From the NCBI RefSeq assembly GCF_001570405.1, contig NZ_BBYM01000011.1, positions 164,910-228,909 of the forward strand: 64,000 nt of DNA, in the 5' to 3' direction. Under the pieces are notes generated by a model, which was not told the DNA's origin, did not search any database, and saw only the letters and a program-made list of their open reading frames with translations. Shown here piece after piece: positions 58,701 to 64,000 of the stretch. Numbering within the stretch: position 1 is the first letter of the stretch; every line of letters starts with the position of its first letter. Origin of the DNA: Microtetraspora niveoalba. Lineage in GTDB: Bacteria; Actinomycetota; Actinomycetes; Streptosporangiales; Streptosporangiaceae. The position numbers and the translations under genes are program-made.

Positions 58701-60972
58701 GGCCCAGCAGGGCGAACTCGGCGGCGAACTCGGCTCTCCCCTCGCCCGCCAGCAGCTCGCGCCGCCGCGCGGCAAGCGTCGCCCGCGCCTGGTTGACGCC
58801 GGCGAGCACCTCGGCGACACGTTCCAGGATGCCGGTGCGCACGGTCGCGTCCGCGATGTCCAGCCCGCCCACGACCTCGGTGAGGACCTCCAGGCCCTCG
58901 GTCTGCCCGGCGAGGCGCTCCGCGACGGGCCCCGACTCCGCCACGGTGCCGATCGCCTGCGCCTCGGCCGCGAGCCGGTCCACCTCGGCGTGATATCCGG
59001 TGAACGCGTCGGCCCCCCGGAGGAACTCGACCGCCCTCCGCGCGGCCTCGCCGATCTCGGCTTCGAAATCGCCCGCGAGCGTGTCCAGCCGCCCGGCGTC
59101 GACGTAGCGGACCTCGCGCAGCGTCGCGAGCCGGCCCTGGGCGCGGCGCAGCTCGGCCAGCCGCGCCACCCATTCGCCCGCCGACCCCGGCGCCTCTCCG
59201 CGCACCTGCCGTACGAGAAGGGCGACGTGCTCGGCGGCCTCGTCCAGGGCGGCCGTCGCCTGCGCGGTGAGCGTCTCGACCCGCTCGAACTCGTCGAGCA
59301 CCTGCTCGGCGGTCGCGCGGACCGCTCCGACGGCGGAGCGCAGGTCGTGCTCGTCCAGCCAGTGGTACTGGTCGATGATCCGTACGCACGCCGCGATGAG
59401 CCCCTCGAACACCGGCGCGGACGGCTCCATCGCGTCGGCCATCCGGACGACGGAGAGGCAGTCGGAGATCCCGCGCACCAGGTCGGCGTTGCCGATCCGC
59501 TCCAGCGGCCCCGTGCCCACCGGCCGGGCCGCGTCGAACACGTCCGACACGTACGGCGTCTGCCAGATCTGCATCGGATGGACCCGGGTCGGCTCCTCGC
59601 GGACGACCCTGCCCTGCTCGCCCACGACCGGCGCGGGCATCCGGAAGCACACGAGCGTGCCGTCCTCGAAGAGCGAGTACCCGTGACACGTGATCGGGTT
59701 GCTCACCTCCTTGCGGATCACGTTGTACGGCAGCAGCAGCGACCGGCCCTCGGCCCGCGCGTGGAACACGTACAGCACGTCCTCGCCGTTGGGCGAGCGG
59801 ATGACCCGCTCGAACTCCAGGTCGGTGACGTCGAGGTCGAAGGTCTTCACGACTCCGGTGGTGAGGTGGTATCCGCCGGGGAAGACGATCCCCTGGTCCT
59901 CGGGGAGCCGCTGGCAGGCCTGCCCGATGCCGTCGAGGCGTTCGACCTTCCTGGTCCTGGTGTTGAACACCAGGTGGCGCCACTCCTTCTCGTTGTACGG
60001 CCGCACGCGCAGCAGGATCAGCGGCCCGACCCTGGCGTAGTGGACGTCGGCGTCGGCCAGGCTCTGCAGCGGTTCCGCGACCGGTTCCCGGTAGATGCCC
60101 TCGCCGGTCTCGGTGTTGTTCTCGATCTTGATGGTGAGGTCGCCGCCGACCGTCTCGACGAACACCTCGTCCTCGATCGAGATGTGCGGATGGCGGCCGA
60201 GGACGTGGTCGTCCCGGGTGGTCTCGATCCACTCGAAGTCGTGCGACGGCGGGAAGACGTGGTCACGTTCGCCCCGGTTGTCCAGGTAGCGGACGGTGCC
60301 GTCGGTCCCGACGCTCCACCGCAGGACCCGGATGTCCTGTGGCCCGGTCTGGAACACGGCCAGCAGCCGTCCCTCCAGCCGCCGGAGCTGCAACAGCCTG
60401 GTCTCGCTGTAGTAGCGGTACAGCTCCGCGAAGTCCCGCTCGAAGGCCGGATCGTCGAACAGGCCCGGCACCTCGTCGAACCGGAAGGCGTCCCCGTCCC
60501 GGCTGAACCGGTGGAACGAGAAGACGTCGCGTACGGTCGTCCCCGACTTCAGTCCGATGAACACGTTGTAGCCGAACAGCATGACCTCGCCGAGCGAGAC
60601 GACGTCGCGCGGCACGCAGTTGTTCTCGGTGCGGACGCGGGCGGTGCCGAGCAGCCGGAAGTCCGCTCCGCCGAAGACCTCCAGCCGCCGCGCGTTCAGC
60701 TCCTCGGTCCGGCGCAGCAGCTCCCCGGCCTGCTCGGCGAGCCTGTCCCGCAGGACCTCGTACGTGCTGGAGTCCAGCTCGGGCGCTCCGTCCTCCGGCC
60801 CGGGCGCGGTCTCTCCCGATCTGTCCCCCGGGGCAGCCGAGGCCGGGGTCGCCGGGGCTCCCCGGTCCGTCGGGGTCGCGAAGCCGGTGGCCGCGGAGCT
60901 GGACGGTGCCGTGGCCGCCGGGTCGGGCGGGGTCGTGGGCGCCGGGTCGGACGGGGTCATGGGCATGGTCAT
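55708..60972 (-). CDS. Giant (1754 aa) protein with C-terminal MoxR/dynein-like AAA+ ATPase domain, co-operonic with flotillin
   Basis: Walker A LISPPGYGKTTLMEY, Walker B NVLLYLDDIQH, sensor region AVCMAGNPYT. The N-terminal 1300 aa have no recognised domains. Confidence 0.8.
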   Translation of the reverse strand: MTMPMTPSDPAPTTPPDPAATAPSSSAATGFATPTDRGAPATPASAAPGDRSGETAPGPEDGAPELDSSTYEVLRDRLAEQAGELLRRTEELNARRLEVFGGADFRLLGTARVRTENNCVPRDVVSLGEVMLFGYNVFIGLKSGTTVRDVFSFHRFSRDGDAFRFDEVPGLFDDPAFERDFAELYRYYSETRLLQLRRLEGRLLAVFQTGPQDIRVLRWSVGTDGTVRYLDNRGERDHVFPPSHDFEWIETTRDDHVLGRHPHISIEDEVFVETVGGDLTIKIENNTETGEGIYREPVAEPLQSLADADVHYARVGPLILLRVRPYNEKEWRHLVFNTRTRKVERLDGIGQACQRLPEDQGIVFPGGYHLTTGVVKTFDLDVTDLEFERVIRSPNGEDVLYVFHARAEGRSLLLPYNVIRKEVSNPITCHGYSLFEDGTLVCFRMPAPVVGEQGRVVREEPTRVHPMQIWQTPYVSDVFDAARPVGTGPLERIGNADLVRGISDCLSVVRMADAMEPSAPVFEGLIAACVRIIDQYHWLDEHDLRSAVGAVRATAEQVLDEFERVETLTAQATAALDEAAEHVALLVRQVRGEAPGSAGEWVARLAELRRAQGRLATLREVRYVDAGRLDTLAGDFEAEIGEAARRAVEFLRGADAFTGYHAEVDRLAAEAQAIGTVAESGPVAERLAGQTEGLEVLTEVVGGLDIADATVRTGILERVAEVLAGVNQARATLAARRRELLAGEGRAEFAAEFALLGQAVTAALALADTPESCDEQMGRLLLRLEDLESRFGDFDDFTARLEARRADVYEAFSSRRQTLLDARARRAERLVASAGRVLESVRRRAGTLGSIDEVNTYFASDPMVARLRAVADELRSLGDQVRADELDGRVKAARLDAGRALRDRLDLYADGGETIRFGRHRFSVNTQPVDLTLVPVDGRMAYAITGTDYRSPVDDEVFHRTRAFWDQVLVSESPEVYRAEHLAASILDLAESAPGGAMTLDALRAALAEGRLPEVVRRVAETRYDEGYERGVHDHDAAAILGALLPVHASAGLLRFPPSARAVAQLFWSFGTDEARREAWTTRARSLARARSLFGHGAGGDAAGVTEGGETGGEGAAGRDDGVGGAIEELRAELASAAAGFLRDRGLRPEDADPAGDYLFDELAAAGTDDGSGAVRFTTGPLARRLVERFRAALGTSAGEFDDEIRALGDDLAAAHQLATAWLTAFLRTSPDLSCPPGAGSGVVRDEGARAGTPEDAGAGDLAEAVAVLLCDLPRRESSVSLTVTVEGLLGAHPRLNGRTLTLRLDEVLARTRRFRTERVPAYRAYQKQRGELLDRERARLRLDEYRPKVMSAFVRNRLLDQVYLPLVGDNLAKQLGAAGEGRRTDQMGLLLLISPPGYGKTTLMEYVASRLGLMFVKINGPALGHAVTSLDPADAPNATARQEVEKVSFALECGNNVLLYLDDIQHTSPELLQKFISLCDAQRRMEGVWNGGTRTYDLRGKRFAVCMAGNPYTESGQRFRVPDMLANRADVWNLGDVLSGREDLFALSYIENALTSNPVLAPLSTRDPADVELLVRLARGDADVRADRLAHPYQKVELDQITAVLRKLTRIQRVVLAANQAYIASAAQADASRTEPPFRLQGSYRNMNKLAERIVPVMNDAEVEALIDDHYAGEAQTLTSEAEANLLKLAELRGRMTDEQRRRWAEVKAGYLRARALGGAEDDPMVRAVGAIGLLADRVGGVERAIERTTTRP

Positions 60973-61009
60973 GGGTGCGTCACACGTTCCTCGGTGCGGT
61001 GTCGCACGG

Positions 61010-63202
61010 TCAGTGCTTCGCCGAGTTCGCCGCCGCCCCGGCCTCGACGGCCGGGCCGACCTCGACCGGTGAACCGCCTTCCGCCGTCGAGCCGGCCCGC
61101 GAACCGACGGCCTCCGCGCTCACCGCCGTACTCACCGTCGTGGTCACCGCCGAGAGCGGCCGGTCCGCGACGCCGAGGTCGCGGGCGGCGCTCAGCAGGT
61201 CCTGGAGCTTGCCCGTGTCCGGGCCACCCGCCTTGATCAGCTTCAGCAGCAGGGCGGACAACGTGAGATTCCGTACGTCGGCGGTGTCCACCGAGCCGAC
61301 GAGGCGCATCAGGTCCGCGGGCAGGCTCGCCGTCCCGTCCAGGTACGGCCCGGCCAGCGCCCGCGCCACCGAGGAGTTCTCGACGAAGCCGTCGACCGCC
61401 CTGCCCGCGGTGATCGAGCTCATCAATCGGTCGAAGAAGACGGTGTCGCCGCCCACGATGTCGATGTCGGCCCTCTCCAGACCGGCGGCCAGCACGGTCG
61501 CCTGCGCGTCCGCGATCTCCCGCTGGACGTCGATGTTCTTGAGGCGGATCTCCTTCTCGGCCTCCAGCCGCAACCGGTACTCCTCGTGCCCCCGGCTCGC
61601 CTCGTCGAGCGCCGCCATGGCCGCGGCCTTCTCCTTGAGACCTTCCGCCTCCGCCTTGAGCCTCTCGCCCACGGCGGCGGCAGCGGCGACGGCCTTCGCC
61701 TGCTCTCCCTCGGCCTCCGCCTTGAGCCTCTCGCCGACGGCGAGCGCCGCGGCCAGGCCCTTCTCCCGCTCCACGGCGGCCTCCGCGCGCCCGACCTTCT
61801 CGATCGCCTCGGCGTCCCGTTCGCGCACCTGGACCTCGGCGAGCCCGACGGCCGCCGCCTCGGCCCGCAACCCTTCGGCGAGGCGGATCTTGGCCTGGCT
61901 GTCCAGCTCGGCCGCCTGCTGCCGCGCCTCTGCCAGCACGAGCTCCTCCCGCGCCTTGAACGCGGCGGCCTGCTCCGCGGCCTCGGCCGCCTTGATGTCC
62001 TTGACCAGGTTCTCCTGCGCCTCGGCCTCCGCCTGGATCACCAGCGCCTGCCGTACCCGCTCGGCCTCCTCGACGACGCGCAGGCGCTTGATGCTCTCCT
62101 CCTGCTCGGCGACCGTCTTGTCCACGGCGATGCGCTCGCGGGTCACCTCGGCGATGGCACGCCGTTCGACCTCGAGCTCCTTGTCCTTGGCGATGCGCGA
62201 CAGCTCGGTCTCCCGTTCGCGGGAGATCACCTCCAGCAGGCGGTCCTTCTCGATCCGCTCGCTCTCGATGGCGATGACCCGCTCGCGGTTCTTCTCCGCG
62301 ACCTGGATCTCCCGCTCCCGGTTCTGGCGCTGGATGCCGAGCTGCTCCTCCGTACGGATGTTGGCCGCCTCGGACTTGAGCCGCTCCTCCGCCTGCACCC
62401 GGGCGGTCTCGGCCTCCTCCCGCGCCCGTACGGTGTCGATCTCGCGGCGCTGCTTGGCCTCGGCGTCGGCCTGCCGGCGCTCCAGTTCGAGGATGGCCTC
62501 CCGCGCGTCGACGTTCTGGCGGGTGATCTCCTTCTCCTCGTTCCGCTGGTACTCGTTGGTGCGCACGTGCTCGATCGCCGTCAGCTCGGTGATCTTCCGG
62601 ATGCCCTGGGCGTCGAGGATGTTCGCCGGGTCGAGCTGCGCGAGCGGGGTCTGCTCCAGGAAGTCGATGGCCGCGTCCTCCAGGCTGTAGCCGTTGAGGT
62701 CGGTCCCGATCACCCTGATGATCTGGTCACGGAATTCGTCGCGCTTCGTGTACAGATCGACGAAGTCGAGCTGCTTTCCGACCGTCTTGAGCGCCTCGGA
62801 GAACTTGGCGTTGAACAACTCCTGCAGGGTCGCCTCGTCGCTCGCGCGTACCGTGCCGATCGCCTGCGCCACCTTGATCACGTCTTCGACCGTCTTGTTG
62901 ACCCGTACGAAGAACGTGATCCGGATGTCGGCCCGGATGTTGTCGCGACAGATCAGCCCTTCATGCCCGGTACGCGTGATCTCGATGGTCTTCACGGAGA
63001 TGTCCATCACCTCCGCCTTGTGAAGAACGGGCAGCACGACGGCGCCCGTGAAGGTGACGTCGACCCGCCGCATCTTGGAGACGATCAGCGCCATGCCCTG
63101 TTCGACCTTGCGATAGAGGCGGCTGACGACGACGACCGCGCCGATGACGACGAGGAGGAGAACGGCGAGAAGCACACCCGTCCCGGTGCTGATCACATCC
63201 AT
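61010..63202 (-). CDS. Flotillin family (SPFH/band 7) protein
   Basis: N-terminal TM, SPFH domain, and a long EA-rich coiled coil. Confidence 0.85.
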   Translation of the reverse strand: MDVISTGTGVLLAVLLLVVIGAVVVVSRLYRKVEQGMALIVSKMRRVDVTFTGAVVLPVLHKAEVMDISVKTIEITRTGHEGLICRDNIRADIRITFFVRVNKTVEDVIKVAQAIGTVRASDEATLQELFNAKFSEALKTVGKQLDFVDLYTKRDEFRDQIIRVIGTDLNGYSLEDAAIDFLEQTPLAQLDPANILDAQGIRKITELTAIEHVRTNEYQRNEEKEITRQNVDAREAILELERRQADAEAKQRREIDTVRAREEAETARVQAEERLKSEAANIRTEEQLGIQRQNREREIQVAEKNRERVIAIESERIEKDRLLEVISRERETELSRIAKDKELEVERRAIAEVTRERIAVDKTVAEQEESIKRLRVVEEAERVRQALVIQAEAEAQENLVKDIKAAEAAEQAAAFKAREELVLAEARQQAAELDSQAKIRLAEGLRAEAAAVGLAEVQVRERDAEAIEKVGRAEAAVEREKGLAAALAVGERLKAEAEGEQAKAVAAAAAVGERLKAEAEGLKEKAAAMAALDEASRGHEEYRLRLEAEKEIRLKNIDVQREIADAQATVLAAGLERADIDIVGGDTVFFDRLMSSITAGRAVDGFVENSSVARALAGPYLDGTASLPADLMRLVGSVDTADVRNLTLSALLLKLIKAGGPDTGKLQDLLSAARDLGVADRPLSAVTTTVSTAVSAEAVGSRAGSTAEGGSPVEVGPAVEAGAAANSAKH

Positions 63203-63215
63203 CGGAGATCCCCTG

Positions 63216-63776
63216 CTAGTGAAGGTCGTAGGGCATGACCCAGAAGAACTCGCCCTCCGGGTCGTAGTCGAAGATCAGGGCGGAGCTGCCGGCACGCAGA
63301 GCGTCGTCTCCGGTCGTACGCACCTGGACCAGAGCCGACGAGCCGTCATCGGCCGTGACCTCGGCCTGCCCGAAGTCGGGCCCGACCCGGCCGGTGCGGA
63401 TCACGCACATACGGCCGACGAAATCGGCCCGGGACGGCGAAGCCACCGCGGGGAACAGGGCGCGCCCCGCCCGCGCGACCAGGCGTGCGCACAACCATCC
63501 GGCCAGCAGCGCGACCACGAGTACGGCCGACCGGGCGGGAAGCCCCTCGACCAGCACAACCCCGACCAGGCCGACGAACCAGGCGACCACGACCAGCAGC
63601 GACAACGCGACGGCGCCCGGCACTCCCCTCAGGCCGAGAGCGGCCAGGAAATCATCGGGCAGATCCATCCCGAGCCCGCCGAGCAGCACGAGCACCCAAT
63701 AGACGATGACGACGACCAGCATGAAGCTGAACAGCACCGCCGGGAACTCCAGCACCGCATCGACGAACCGCGCCAT
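63216..63776 (-). CDS. NfeD-like membrane protein (short form)
   Basis: TM helices followed by a C-terminal OB-fold-like segment. GGTGGGAG precedes the ATG. The stop lies 14 nt upstream of the flotillin start. Confidence 0.65.
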   Translation of the reverse strand: MARFVDAVLEFPAVLFSFMLVVVIVYWVLVLLGGLGMDLPDDFLAALGLRGVPGAVALSLLVVVAWFVGLVGVVLVEGLPARSAVLVVALLAGWLCARLVARAGRALFPAVASPSRADFVGRMCVIRTGRVGPDFGQAEVTADDGSSALVQVRTTGDDALRAGSSALIFDYDPEGEFFWVMPYDLH

Positions 63777-63914
63777 TGACTCCCACCGTTTATCCCGGCC
63801 CCCTGAGACAACTAAGATTATGGCGTAAAGTCGCAATAAACGTCAGTATAAATTTAATGTGAATAACGGGCACTTTTGGGGAGTTCGCGTCGTTGTTACA
63901 TAGGGTCCGCGGCT

Positions 63915-64000
63915 CCCCGCCCCACTCCCCCGCGCGCCCCCAGCGCCCAGGGCCCCCGTTTCCCCGCACCACCCCACTCCCCCGCGCACCCCCCAGCGCC
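63915..64000. repeat. Direct repeat CCCCACTCCCCCGCGCnCCCCCAGCGCC, 2 copies, at the window edge, downstream of a ~40% GC AT-rich island (63800-63900)
   Basis: Seen in the sequence. The array may continue beyond the window. Confidence 0.4.

Noticed and set aside
56572-61236. 1554-aa ORF on the plus strand
   Set aside because: Antisense to the giant AAA+ gene, which has clear Walker motifs. This is an artefact.

Overview
High-GC (~72%) actinomycete chromosomal segment with dense coding on both strands, dominated by carbohydrate uptake and trehalose/alpha-glucan metabolism. It carries two sugar ABC uptake loci, a treX-treY-treZ operon, a GH13 alpha-glucosidase, a secreted GH8 enzyme and three LacI regulators. 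It also carries housekeeping and membrane functions: ung, mscL, tricorn protease, agmatinase, a MoxR-VWA pair, and a flotillin-NfeD operon with a giant AAA+ protein. No tRNA/rRNA, CRISPR array or transposase/IS element was recognised. The most interesting feature is a compact minus-strand block (about 10.1-14.6 kb). It encodes, in order, an MFS transporter, an unannotated 56-codon ORF whose product ends in Asn, an MccB/PaaA-like E1 adenylyltransferase with an N-terminal RiPP-recognition (PqqD-like) domain, and a membrane HExxH metalloprotease-like protein that is also fused to a PqqD-like domain. This looks like a microcin C-like peptide-nucleotide RiPP cluster with a non-canonical processing or immunity partner. 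Further oddities are a giant AAA+ protein linked to flotillin, several in-frame tandem repeats, intergenic repeat arrays, candidate operators and strong intrinsic-terminator hairpins. Several very long ORFs in the track (for example 15635-17755+, 18883-23448+, 25541-30205+, 56572-61236+) are antisense artefacts of high GC content and are rejected.
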